This document shows positions 48,620-61,677 of a DNA stretch of 64,000 bases, one piece after another (positions within the stretch are counted from its first letter, which is position 1; each line of letters begins with the position of its first letter). This DNA is from Eledone cirrhosa. Its lineage: Eukaryota. Under the pieces are notes generated by a model that saw only the letters and a list, made by a program, of their open reading frames with translations, had not been told where the DNA came from and did no database searches. The position numbers were made by a program, and so were the translations under genes. The stretch spans positions 4,526,001 through 4,590,000 of the forward strand of contig OZ024742.1 of NCBI GenBank assembly GCA_964016885.1, in the 5' to 3' direction.

Positions 48620-50097
48620 TTGCACAAAACTTTCCTGTATTACAGCCCCACGTTATACTCTAACGGATAGTACGATCTATACGTGGCTATTTTACGTCTT
48701 GATGTGGTAGCTAAGTATATGTTTTGTTTATACCATTACTTATTTGCATAGGTAAGTATATATTACCTGTATGTTTTGTGAAGGTACTTATACTTTCTCG
48801 TTTTTTTATATTTTTTATATATTCTGGTACGTATGGTATGGTTATGTGTATACGGGAGTTTTGCGTCTGTGTGAGTATGCTGGTTCGTACGTATGTAGGG
48901 TGTGTGTATATGTGTACTTCATGTTTTGGTTGACTTACGTCTCCGAACATTTGTGTATTTACATGTAGGTATGTGTGTGTGCTTGTTATATACGTATTTA
49001 TTTATTTATATACGTTTATTTAATTATTTATTTATTTGTATACACGCACACACACACACACATATTTATATGTGCGTGGTTTTGTATACCTATGGCAAAT
49101 GTTTTCGCGTATGCTTGTGTATGTACGTATTTGCATGCGTGTACGTATTTATTTAATTCCTAATACCTCTGTATTGTATTTTATTTACTTTATTCTTAAC
49201 TCTGAAGCGGAGATTCATTCGGTTTCCTAGTTAGATTTTTAGTCTACGACTTCAGCTATACCGTTTACGTGGTTTTGTCTTTGCATGCAATTGTTCTCCA
49301 CGTTCCACATATGACGTATTATCTTCGTTTTTTCCGTTCATTGCCAGAGAACGTCTCTATGAACCACCTAAGAGAACATTAGTCTACGACCTCTATTATA
49401 CCATAAACGTGGTTCTGTTTTTGCGCGTAATTGTTTTTCACCGCTCCTATTAATGACGTATTATATTCTTTTTTTCCCGTTCTTTGCCAGGAAACGTTTC
49501 CACGAACCAAAGTATCGTCTTCCTGTCTTCCTCCGGTTGCAACGTTTTTTGAAATATCCACTTCTGCATTTACAGATTGACTTTGTTAGTTTCAGAAGAT
49601 CCCGTTAAGAGTGAATGCAAGGATTCTTTGCTTAAACTTTAATCTTTTATTTTAATAAATATATATATATATATAAGTATGTACACGTACATACATATAT
49701 GTATACAGACGTACAGTAGTATGTATATATATATATATACATACATGCAAACATATATATATGTACGTATTGTTTCACCGAACATTTATTATAATGCTCG
49801 GTGCGTTTGTAAACAAACATCCCGTATAAAGCCGTAGTGTCCAGCAACCATCGTTGCTCGTTTGTTCCACACTGACAAAGGAACGCTGTACTAGTTTCAA
49901 GCTTATTAGCTATCGTCAGCAACGTATACCTTCTTGCCAGATTGTTGAACGTATATACTTACCTTATGCATATTAACGGCTGAGTAGCCCAATTTGCATA
50001 TCGAGTGGGTTACTCGAGTGGGTTAATCGTGTACATACTTATATTTAAGTAACAGCCGTACTAAGAGTGGGAAATGAAATTTCGTTTCATTTTTTCC

Positions 50098-50146
<49 letters not shown>

Positions 50147-50250
50147 GGAGGTGAGTTTTATTGAAAACACAAATATTATTGCATGATGATATTTGTTTTT
50201 GAAATGCGCATAATAAAATACATGGAACTCTTTTAACCATCTTTTGTTCT

Positions 50251-50333
<83 letters not shown>

Positions 50334-50731
50334 GAGAGATAGAGAGATCAGTTTGACAATCGCCACTGACGGATGCGAGAAGGTTAACCAGGATTTTTAA
50401 GAAAAAAATTCCACCGAAGTTAAAAAATGACTTATAAAATTATAAGATTGTAAATTTATAGAAATAAATTGTTTAGAATACCAACTGCAAGTGAAGTCAT
50501 TATTTTCCTTTTTTCAAATATATATATACATGAGTGTGTGAGTGTGTGTATGTCTATAAATATATGTGTATAAAGAATGATTGCGGTAAGGGTTAGTATT
50601 CACTTTTTAGATAGATAGGGTTTAATGTGAAACAGAACGCTGCGAGTTTTACAGATGTTTCAAATTCTAATCTATAGATATTTCCAGATTTCGGAAATAA
50701 TTTTACAGGCATCTGAAGAATTGGTATCCAT

Positions 50732-50823
<92 letters not shown>

Positions 50824-51096
50824 CGTATAAAGTACGATGCATTAACATGGACGCTAGAATCACGACACCATAATGATACAGGAGAGCAGGTCGTGTCCCT
50901 TGTTGATTTCAATGTGCTTTAATTGATTGCATGTTAATGAAAAACAAATAAAGTTACAAAACAATCAATTTTTCTTTAGATGTAAATTCTAATTAATCCA
51001 GAATTTCCATCGATGGAAAACAAAGGGAATTAATTCTTCATTTTTTTCTGTTTTAATCGACCAAGAGATTTTTTTTCTGTTTTCTTTGTATCTTCT

Positions 51097-51141
<45 letters not shown>

Positions 51142-51339
51142 CTCTGTATGTATATTGCATTGTATTTCATATTTCACTGAAAGCTACCTTCCATTTAATT
51201 AACTTTATTTCAACACATTTTACTTCGTTACACTTTCATTCTTGCTGATTGATTCAAATTGCTTCTCCTATAACTCCCACAAGATTTAATGTTTTAAATT
51301 TTATTCATTTTTATATTTATTCAATTCTGAACATAAATA

Positions 51340-51475
51340 TCGTTTCTGATTCGGGCACAAGGCCAAAAAAGCAAAGCTAATCTCGGCGGGATTTGAGCTC
51401 AGAACAAAAACGTCCATAACTCAATGCTGCAAATCATATTGCCCGACGCTCTTCCTATACTGTCAATCCACCACT
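51340..51475 (-). mobile_element. SINE family A (internally deleted)
   Basis: ggcacaaggcc..gcaaagctaatctcggcgggatttgagctcag..caatccacc. Confidence 0.7.
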
Positions 51476-52044
51476 CTGGACTCCCTAAATAATAGTATGT
51501 GTGATAAAGCATGATATAATGATATAAAGTATGATAAAGCATGATATAATGTCATTTTTTCCTATTTTCCGGAGTAAATTTCTCAGGCAAGGAGATACAG
51601 GTTTTCTCAGCATAAAAAAACCGCTCTTGTTCCTTAAGCTGCCTAACAGAGTTAGTCCGAATGAAAAGGATGGAATGTTCTTTTTGATGGTAGTATTGTA
51701 TTCGTTACTGTTTTTATCGTTTACTGTCTTTTTCTTCTTTTTCTATTTCAATTTTTGCAACTCACTTCTACTTTTTCCACTGTGCAAATATGAATGTTTA
51801 TGCTTGAAGCTATATCTTTATATTTAATATTCACATTGTCTATTTGTTTTAAAGTCTGTTTTCGTAATTGTAAATAATTGTGTGTTGTTTTGTTTGTTTG
51901 CATTAATGAGTTTACGTTCCTTCTAACGTGGCGGACTGGCAATGAAAAACAATACAAATAGGTACTATGAGAAAATATATGTTTGTGTTGAAACTCTGCC
52001 GGTGGTTCTGGCCACAAGTATTCCATTTTGTACAGACAATAGAA

Positions 52045-52280
52045 TATCCTGCACGTGAGATGTCATGCTTGTGATCGATCATTCCACAGACATGAGTACG
52101 CTTAAGGTAATTCTCGGAGTGATTCAGTGCGGGACGGTGTGTGACGAGGCTTGCCCTTTGAATTAGAGGTACAAGACATTTTTGCTAGTTGGTTGATCAG
52201 GAACACAAAACACCGTTTCATCCAGGAATCAAAATCGTGCCATAACTATCGTTAGCCCAAAACTCTACCTAAGCCCAGCA
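52045..52280 (-). mobile_element. SINE family B (decayed)
   Basis: gtgtgacgaggcttgccctttgaattagaggtac resembles 3595-3660 in reverse. Confidence 0.55.
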
Positions 52281-52607
52281 CTTTCAAGTAAAACATGTAC
52301 ATGGTTAAAAACAATGATTCGACTAATACCATGCCACACCACAATCATTATGGGAATGGGCGTTGACATATCTCAAAGTAGTTTGCTTGGAAAACCTTTC
52401 ATACCAAAAAAGGGGGATCCCGGAAATAATCAACTTTTTAATGGCGTTCTTTTAAATGTAGGCATCCTCGGTAAACAACAACAACAACAGTAATAACAAT
52501 ATGTTGGCTATGAAAACAAAAACTATTCTTGTGATAATGATAATAGGTGTTCTGGAAATGATTTTAAAAACATATACAAATAGATACATAACCACAAGCC
52601 GCTGGCC

Positions 52608-52647
<40 letters not shown>

Positions 52648-52769
52648 AATCCACCACCCTGGACTCCCGAAATAATAGTATGTGTGATAAAGCATGATAT
52701 AATGATATAAAGTATGATAAAGCATGATATAATGTCATTCTTTCCTATTTTCCGGAGAAAATTATATAT

Positions 52770-53200
52770 ACTAGCAGAGGTACCCGGCGTTGCTCGGGTA
52801 TTAAATACCAGTTATGTATACCATTTATGTCAATACTTCAGTGCTGCTTGGAAAACTATACTTTTACAAAATCATCGGCTTTTTTCAAAAGGGGGTTCCT
52901 GCCCCCAGGGGTCCCCTACTCAATATGTGCCAATTCTGAGAGTTCACATTCATCTGTAGAACAAACGTAGCCCATGTGTCAAGTTTTGTGAAAATCAGTT
53001 GCGAACTCCAGAAGTTATGACGTTTTGTTGCATTGCACAGCTGTGATTCAGTCAACTCCAAGGAAGTGGTTAAAGGGGGTTATCTGCCGGGAGACCCTAT
53101 AATCAATATCTGAAAAGTGAAAGTGCCCATGACCATCCGGAGTACCTAAGTAACCTATGTCTTAGGTTTGGTGAAAATACTGTAGAAATGCATAAGGTTT
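52770..53200 (-). mobile_element. Non-autonomous Helitron 3' portion
   Basis: Minus strand ends cccgagcaacgccggg-tacctctg-CTAG|t: GC hairpin just upstream of CTAG. The 5' limit is approximate. Confidence 0.7.
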
Positions 53201-53337
53201 ACACACACGCGCGCCTGTGCGCGCGCGTATGTGTGTGTGCGTGTGTATTTGTGCGTGCGTATGTATATGTATGTGTATGTCCGTCGGCGCATACGTATGT
53301 ACTGGCCTAAATCTTGACTATTTACTTTTACTATTTT

Positions 53338-53452
53338 AAGTTAAAATCCCGTCGAGGTTAACTTTGCCTTTCATCCTTACGGGGTCGATAAAATAAAGTA
53401 CTAGTAATGTGCTGGTTAAATGCTGGCCTCGAGCCAAAAGTAGAAACAACTA
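53338..53452 (+). mobile_element. 5'-truncated SINE family A
   Basis: Very similar to 26228-26342. Confidence 0.85.
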
Positions 53453-53544
53453 TTTTAATAACCTCTGTCATTTTCGTTTACAATTTTATTTACATCACTC
53501 TTAAACTCCGGTGCTGGAAATCATTCGGTTATTTTAAATAGAAT

Positions 53545-53792
53545 ATTAGTCTAACGACTTCATTTACACCGTAAACTTGGTCTCGACTTTGCATGAAATT
53601 GTTCTTCTCGGTCCACATATTATCCTCGTTTTTTTTTTCGTTCATTACCAGAGAACGTCTTCACGAACCAAAATATCGTCTTCCTGTTTTCCTTCGGTTG
53701 CAACGTTTCTCGAAATATTTAATTCTGCGTTCACGGATTGAATTTATTAGTTTAAGAAGATCCCGTTAATGTTGAAAGCAGCTTAAACTTTC
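53545..53792 (+). mobile_element. Diverged third copy of the pLTR at 49202-49660
   Basis: ccagagaacgtct..cacgaaccaaa..ggttgcaacgttt..gaagatcccgttaa..gcttaaact. Confidence 0.8.
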
Positions 53793-53904
53793 TTTCTTTC
53801 TCAACCCTCTCCCTTTTTCTCATACCCTCTTTCTCTCTATCTCTCTCATTCATACCCTCTCTCTCTCTCTCTTCCTCTACAGAATGTAGAACAATAAAGA
53901 ACGT

Positions 53905-53956
<52 letters not shown>

Positions 53957-54499
53957 TTGTGTGTGTGTGTATGTGTGTGTGTGTGAACCAGTGTTCGTCG
54001 CCATTCTCTCTCTCTCTGTCTGATTATCTTGTGCCTCTCTCTGTATAACGATCTATCTCACTCTCTCTATCTCTACATCTCCCTTTCTCTCTTTAGATGT
54101 ATATGTATATGTGTGTGTGTGATATATATATATATAGAGAGAGAGACTTACAACATGTATGTAGTTTCCTAAATTTTTGAGGGTAGTGAGAATTAAAATA
54201 TAAACAGAGCATATAAATAAATTTAGAGTAGAATAACATAACAAATATATTTTAAATATATACATAAATAACATTACAAATGCCTCGGAAACACTACAAA
54301 TGATGATACAATGAAAGATATATTCTTTCAATGCTACAATATTAAAGAAAATGTGAAGGAAAGGGTGAACAACGGAGCCAACACCAGAGCAAAAGACAGC
54401 AACGTCGCCAGTACTGGGCAACCTCTCTAATTTTGAGGCAAACCTGCACACTCACAGGGTTGCCTCGGGTGAGGGCCAGGCTGATGCGCTGAAATATTG

Positions 54500-54940
54500 T
54501 TTTAAAAGACTTTTGAAGACCGTATGCTATTGTTTTAGAGTAGTGACAAACTCACTTACTTTAAACTCACTTACTTTAATTAAGCATAAAATGTATTGCA
54601 AAATACATTATATATATATTCTTATATATATTGCTATTTCAGAGCTCCAATTCTAATTTTTAATTTCTGCCTGACCGGCAACCGCTCTGTATAATCAGTT
54701 CCTGATTATTTACTAGAATTCTATAAGAATATAACATCAGTGATCTCAGTAGACAGGAGGGAGTAGTTAGCCTTGATAAGCATGAAAAAATGCGAAACAA
54801 GGCCTTGTCGGCTTTATCTCCTCTGTTTGCTGAGATTAAAGTAAGTGAGTTTGTCACTACTCTAAAACAATAGCATACGGTCTTCAAAATGCTTTTAATT
54901 AAGCATAAAGTGTATTGCAAAATACATTATATATACATTC
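54500..54940. mobile_element. Rearranged PLE terminal element: ~65-bp inverted arms plus ~45-bp direct repeat
   Basis: 54501-54564 is inverted at 54836-54898; ttaattaagcataaa..caaaatacattatata occurs at ~54576 and ~54895. Confidence 0.7.
54769..54813 (+). ncRNA. Compact type I hammerhead with U3-A8 core
   Basis: agcc TTGATAA gcat-gaaaaa-atgc GAAA caaggccttg TC ggct; all three stems pair perfectly. Confidence 0.85.
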
Positions 54941-54980
<40 letters not shown>

Positions 54981-55070
54981 ATATTTATTATATATTATAT
55001 ATTATATGTTATCAAGTGAAATGACAGGAGGCCAAATATGCTGAATTTCCTTAATTATTTATTTCTGCAA

Positions 55071-55128
55071 ACACTATGAACATTTCAGTGATCTGGTTGC
55101 GTAAGAACACGGTGTCATCTTCAGGTAT
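55071..55128 (-). ncRNA. Type I hammerhead motif (weak stem II)
   Basis: atac CTGAAGA tga...tcact GAAA tgttca TA gtgt. Confidence 0.55.
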
Positions 55129-55444
55129 AAATTGCGTAATAGATGTATACCAACGGAATGATGGTAAACTTTAAGGAAACAAGCAAAGAAAAATCAGAGA
55201 AGAAAAAGGTGTTTATGTTTTTGACCCAGAGACGAACGAAGCAGCAATTGTTACAATGCCTCGCCGTCTCTGAGTGTGTATATATATATATATATGTGTG
55301 TGTGTATGTGTGTGTGTGTACTAATCACTAGCATAATTTTAAAACAATACAAACAACACCCCCAAATATAACATTACGCATTTGCAAGGCACACAGCGCT
55401 GTGATACAGCGACAGCACGTAATGTGAAAAAGATTAACAATAAT

Positions 55445-55885
55445 ACAGGTTTCTAATTTAGGCGCTTAGCCAGCACTTTGGAGGGGAGGAAAATCGATTA
55501 AAGGAACCCATTACTTGACTGGCTCTTTATTTTTATCGATCTCCGGGATAGATTAAAGGTAAAGTTTACCTAACTAGGATTTGAATTCAGAACGTAAAGA
55601 GCCGTAACTAAATATCACTAACTATTTGGTCCTATGCTCTAACGATTCTGTCGATCCTCTACCCTTGGACTAATGATAATAATAATGGTTACTTACTTAG
55701 GCACAAGGCCAGCAATTTGAAAGGAAGGGGGAAGTCGATTAAATTGACCCCAGTACGTTACTGGTGCTTTATTGTATTGACTCTGTAGAGATGAAAGGCA
55801 AAGCTAACCACGGCCGGATTTGAACTCAGACGTAAAGGGCCACAACTATATGACGTAAAGCATGTTGTCCGACGCTCTACCATAT
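55445..55885 (-). mobile_element. Two tandem SINE family A copies
   Basis: Family A motifs at ~55445-55660 and ~55685-55885. Confidence 0.8.
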
Positions 55886-56272
55886 TGACATTCGAATTAA
55901 TAATAATGAGTCTGATAAGCAGACATGAAGTCTGAGAGTGAAGCTGACATATTTTTCACATATCACAATCAGATTGTTCTTTTGTCGAAACTAGTCATAC
56001 CTTGAATTCAAACGAACAGAAATTAGAAATTCTACGACAGCAACAAAGAGAAGTAAATACGTAAACAATAAGGTAATCAATAGGAGAAATTGATCTTTGA
56101 ATGGAGGAGTAGAGCCAATATAAAAAGTTACAATAGTCCTACTAGAAATAGTAGTAAAATCTTCTTTAAATCTTATCACTCTATTAATTATTTACTGGTT
56201 CCAGGCATTAAAGTCAGGTATGAAATTCGTGTGTATGCACACACCGACCCACATAGACACACATGCACACAC

Positions 56273-56304
<32 letters not shown>

Positions 56305-56316
56305 GTATACACACAT

Positions 56317-56357
<41 letters not shown>

Positions 56358-56441
56358 GAGGGTTATATCTGTAGTAGTAGAGCACTCACTTCATGGGACG
56401 AGTTTGGTAGAAGTAGTTCCACAACTATTAGTTCACCATTT

Positions 56442-56482
56442 CCGAGAACAATTGTTTCACTTTAGTTGGATCATCAGCCCGG
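56442..56482 (-). ncRNA. Type I hammerhead motif (decayed stem II)
   Basis: ccggg CTGATGA tccaactaaagt GAAA caattg TT ctcgg. Confidence 0.55.
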
Positions 56483-56662
56483 TTTAAATGAGATTGTACG
56501 GAAATGGAAAAACAATTACGAATACGCATGTGCAAAAGAAGTCACTTCCCAAAGGGGAAAAACCCACGTTAGATAGGTGCAGGGACTCAACTGTGAAACT
56601 CAGAATATAATAGATTATTCATGTTAGTCAGTCAGTTATATACATATATATATATATATAGT

Positions 56663-56769
<107 letters not shown>

Positions 56770-56825
56770 GCATATATGTTATGAAATACTGTTAGCTTCT
56801 CGCTAAAACAATTTCTATACCTTTC

Positions 56826-56907
<82 letters not shown>

Positions 56908-57065
56908 CTAAAATATGTGATTGCTTGCTTGCCAAAAGGGTGCATAATGGGAAAATACTTTTAACGGAAGTTGCCCCTGAAATGGGAATACAAATGGAAT
57001 AAAACAAGTTTCGCGTAAATCGAAGCCTAGGTTCCCGAGATATGAAGTTTTCTGGATACCTTCAT

Positions 57066-57175
<110 letters not shown>

Positions 57176-57291
57176 GGGTAGAGAGAAAGAGATAGTGGTT
57201 GTGAGAGAGAGTAGATTGAAAGAGAGACATAGAGAGGGGGAGAGGAGACAGTGAAGGAAATGGAAGAGAGAGAATTGGTGGTGTTGTTGTG

Positions 57292-57363
<72 letters not shown>

Positions 57364-57649
57364 TGAGTGTGTGTGTATATATATGTGTGTATGTGTGTGT
57401 GTATGTCTATGACCAGTGTGTATAGATCACAGACACCCACATATCTATATACACACACATACATATATGAATATGTATATACATACACACACATTTATAT
57501 ATATAGAGACACACACGTATATATATGGGCCTTCCAGTTTCATTTCACATTATATTCATGTATGTGTATATTTTAACTATTAAAAATTATTTTGAAGTGA
57601 ACGTGATCTGTTGGGTCATGGGTGGTCTAGTGTGTATATATATATATAC

Positions 57650-58870
57650 AATATGTTGAAAAGGTAACACACTAGAGAGAGATACAGTGCGCTATCAATA
57701 AAACAGGGAAACACCACCAGTGTATGGAATCTATAACCTATGAAAGGCAGCTATAGACACGATAATTAAAAATATAAATTAAAGCGTAAATAAATACCTC
57801 CATAACCGCTATATAATATTTACCCAACATTTCAACAGCACGTGGAAATTAATTAAATATACGGTCAACCATACATAATTAGGTAAAACTTAATGTTAGA
57901 AATGCTTATATACATACCAGGATTGAATCACTAAATCCCGACCCTCGGGTTTCGCTCACTTTTGAGATACCCTATTAAGGAAATACTCGAGTTTTAGAGC
58001 TCTTCAGCGGTTGTGCACGAAGACGCCGTAATGGTATATTTATTTACTGTTTCTTCATAGATGCCTTTTATTCTTATAGCCTGGTCTAATTGATTTTTGT
58101 GTCGTTAATTATGCTGATTGGGACTAGAGATGATGTATATTTATTATCAAATAATTCTCTGGACATGTTTTACTCTAGTATATTGCTCTGATTATTTAAT
58201 TTATTAATTCTTCATTGAGCCACATCGTGAAAAGTTGCCAAAACAGATATATACCTATGACTTTGTTTAATTGGTGTATGTGTAAATATTTTTATATTTA
58301 ATAATCTCCCATAAGGTTGAGCTAAAATTTGGGCGATATTAGGCTGCGCTTTCTAGCAACCAACCCACTTGCTGTAAGCAACCAATCACACCCTTCCTGA
58401 CTTGACCACTGCCACGTCACAGTTCTCAACCATTTTGAATTCGTGTTTGGCGGGGGCCACTTCGGAAAATAATATGTCCTAGCGAGTTTGTCCCCTGAAG
58501 AGCTCTAAAACTCGAGTATTTCCTTAATAAGGTATCTCAAAAGTTAGCGAAACCCTAGGGTCGGGATTTAGTGATTTAATCCTGGTATGTATATAAGCAT
58601 TTCTAACATTAATTTTTACCTAATTACGTATGGTTGACCGTATATTTAATTAATTTCCACGTGCTGTTGAAATGTTGGGTAAATATTCTATAACGGTTGT
58701 GCGCGAAGACGCCGCAATGGTATATTTATTTACTGTTTCTTCATAGATGCCTTTTATTCTTATAGCCTGGTCTAATTGATTTTTTGTGTGGTTAATTATG
58801 CTGATTGGGAGTAGAGATGATGTATATATATTATCAAATAATTCTCTGGACATGTTTTACTCTAGTATAT
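57650..58870. mobile_element. Fold-back PLE-type element in (TA)n with nested direct repeat
   Basis: 57801-58008 is inverted at 58494-58701; 58007-58181 is directly repeated at 58695-58869. Confidence 0.8.
58491..58566 (+). ncRNA. Type I hammerhead with extended stem II
   Basis: tccc CTGAAGA gct...agc GAAA ccctaggg TC ggga; mirror copy 57936-58007 lacks the 5' strand of stem I. Confidence 0.8.
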
Positions 58871-58889
58871 ATATATATATATAATATAT

Positions 58890-59172
58890 AAGGGAGAGAA
58901 TTGGGAGTGTGTAACACTCCACTTATCAAATAGGCAGTATATGGTTAGCTCAATGTCAGGGGACAGAGCCGTAATACAATTAACAACAAAGAGCGCTTAG
59001 AACATAGGTATATCTTTAATTGCTAACAGTGTTTCGTCCACACTAGAAGTGGGACTCTTCAGAGCATAAAGAGTAAATACAAAGTATACAAGCAAGAGTC
59101 CCACTTCTAGTGTGGACGAAACACTGTTAGCAATTAAAGATATACCTATGTTCTAAGCGCTCTTTGTTGTTA

Positions 59173-59180
<8 letters not shown>
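58890..59180. mobile_element. Fold-back PLE terminal fragment in (TA)n, perfect 86-bp arms
   Basis: 58974-59059 is the reverse complement of 59094-59179. Confidence 0.85.
59021..59066 (-). ncRNA. Type I hammerhead ribozyme
   Basis: tgct CTGAAGA gtcc-cac..gtg-tggac GAAA cactg TT agca. Confidence 0.8.
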
Positions 59181-59236
<56 letters not shown>

Positions 59237-59599
59237 TATATTATATTAATTCTGAAACCAACAACCGGTTTCAAACTAACCTTCATCCAGCTTTGCATCT
59301 TTTAAACCTTATCCTAGACATGAAGTCTTTCCCGTTCTTGAATGGCATACATACATCTTTCTGAATAACATCAATTATCCTACCAAACTCCTCTTCAACC
59401 AAACTCAATTCTAGACTTGTATGCTTGCATGGCATACATGGTCCCGTATCTCCCGAGGGAGATGTAGAGGCGCCGTATTGACATACGGCATTTCTCGGGC
59501 ATTTTTTAAGCCTCTCCAGGTTTTAATACAGCATATTTCTCCGAGAGAAGGATAGAGAGTGCTAGAAAGGAAATGAGAAAGAGAAGAAAAATTGACTAC

Positions 59600-59742
59600 A
59601 TTAATAGACTGGTACATTGTTATCGACCTCGAAAGGATGAAGGCAAAGTTGACCTCGGCAGTATTTGAACTCAGAGAGCAGGGAGCCGAAACAAATATCG
59701 CAAAACATTCTATCTAATGTTCTAACGACTCAATTCGCCGCC
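59600..59742 (-). mobile_element. SINE family A fragment
   Basis: tatcgacctcgaaaggatgaaggcaaagttgacctcggcagtatttgaactcag. Confidence 0.75.
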
Positions 59743-61677
59743 ATAGATTTGTATATAAGAGAAGTCGCAAACATGCAGAGATTTAGCCAACTCTATCCTA
59801 CCCAGACTGACTTAAGTCACAGAACTCCAACCTATAGTTTGACTTTATACTATTGTTATAAATCGCATGACAGTACTTAACAAAAACCTCCTTAACCACT
59901 TCTAAAGCCTCATTAACCAAGATTACCACCCGTCTGTTCGTGCCCTCGCTAGTCCATTCTATAATCTACTCATATACGGTATATTATATTACTTAAGATT
60001 ATATAGATAGTAAGTTAGAGAAAAAGACAGAGATGTCCCTACTTGTTGATTACTACTGTGATTAACAGGAAACACGCTCTATGTGTATTAATCTGCTAAT
60101 ATGACATTCTGAACGATAATTACCTGCAATAAAAGCTCATTCGCATGTTAATAATTGGTGTTGGTATTGCTGTGCCCATTGTTGTTGTGGCAGGGGGAGG
60201 TGGTTGCTGAAGTTGTTATGGTTGTTATTGTTGTAACAGTGGAGGGAGAGGTGGTTGCTGTTGTTGCTATCGTTTCTATTGATGATTGTGTTGCTATTGC
60301 TGTTGCTGTTGATAATATTGTTGTTGTAGTTGTTGTTGTTTGATGGTTTCGGTAATGACGATAGCGACAACGAAGAAGATAATAAAATCTTTATAAAAGT
60401 ACGCAGCTGCCAATACGCTGATTGCCAATTAAATTATCTTCTCAGAGAAATAAACTATTGTGCAAGATATGTCCTTCGTTTTTCCTCCCTCTCACTCCCA
60501 TAAATGATCTTCACTGACTTCTTTAAGAAACAATGTTTACATTTCATGTACAGGCATTGTGTATCTGGGACTACAATATCATATGTATCCTTATTTGGTG
60601 AAGTGTTTTTGAGGCGGACAATAACTTATGACTGATATTTAGTAGACAGATAATGCGTGGAAGTCCGTCGAAATCGAAGTGAAGATTTATAAAGGATAAA
60701 AGCGATGGTTCCTTCAAGAGGATGTGGAATCAGCTGTGTGATTGCACATAATCTGTCTCATACAATGTCATACCATATCTAAAAAACAATATGTTTGATA
60801 GTGTCGCCTAGCATATTCTTTTATTGTCTCCAGAATAATAATTAAAAAGAGAGAAAACAATCCAGATTTGATTGCAACTCAGAATGAAATCAGAAAACAT
60901 TTCTGGGAGGCATTTTGCCCGGCGCTCAACAGACTTTTACAATCCACTTTTCTCTTGAAGTGATCATATGGCTTTCTAACAAAGCGTTAATACTTGATTC
61001 TGTGAGAGGTTAGGGTTAGGGTTAGTAGGTGTTGTTTTAAATCCCACCAAGTCCAAACTTACCTTTCATTCTTTCAAGACAAATAGACTACCACTCCGTG
61101 ACGAATTTTGTGGTGCATCAGACAGAATGCCTTGCGGTATCTGGTCCACCTCTGTGAGTTCTAAGTTCAAACCCCGAATATTGTCACTGAAAAATGACGA
61201 ACTTATACAAGCGGATCCCCCTACAATTAAAACACGCATGTGAAGAGTATTCCTGTGTTAAACATCTACATAGGAGACTGGAAAAACCTGTGAAAGTATG
61301 AACTTGTTACAGGTTCTTGATGGGCAATTTATGTTACCGGCCAAGGAAGAATGAAAATTAAAGTCAACGACGGTGGGACTCTACATCAATGTGAATTTGA
61401 CATACATTGTGTCGAGGGTAAAAGATTAGCAGAGTAGTTAAAGCGTCAGAATAGAAGGAGCGATATATGTTCCAGCCCGCTGCGTTCAGAGTTCAAATCA
61501 CACTGACAACTTTGCTTACTACCCTTTCAAAGTTGATAAATAAAGAAGCAGTCCAGAAGCAACGGATTAGCAAAATTGTAAAGATTCGTACAAGATGCTT
61601 TACTGTGTGTGATGAGGTTCTGAGCGTTCAGAATTTAATATATATTAAAACTAACCAAAATTATGAACGATAATAAT

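Larger units (their letters stand above)
47757..49660 (+). mobile_element. 5'-truncated Penelope-like element with inverted pseudo-LTRs flanking GIY-YIG
   Basis: 47823-48282 is inverted at 49202-49660; GIY-YIG ORF lies between; (TA)n on both flanks. Confidence 0.88.

Noticed and set aside
51585-51700. Possible GIY-YIG tail (RQLKEQERFF) on the minus strand
   Set aside because: Too short and degenerate to call.
54435-54470. Hairpin gaggcaaacctg...cagggttgcctc as a SECIS element
   Set aside because: Lacks the AUGA/GA quartet and apical AA geometry; no linked TGA-containing ORF.
61008-61025. (TTAGGG)n telomeric motif
   Set aside because: Only about three units; chance or a trivial interstitial repeat.
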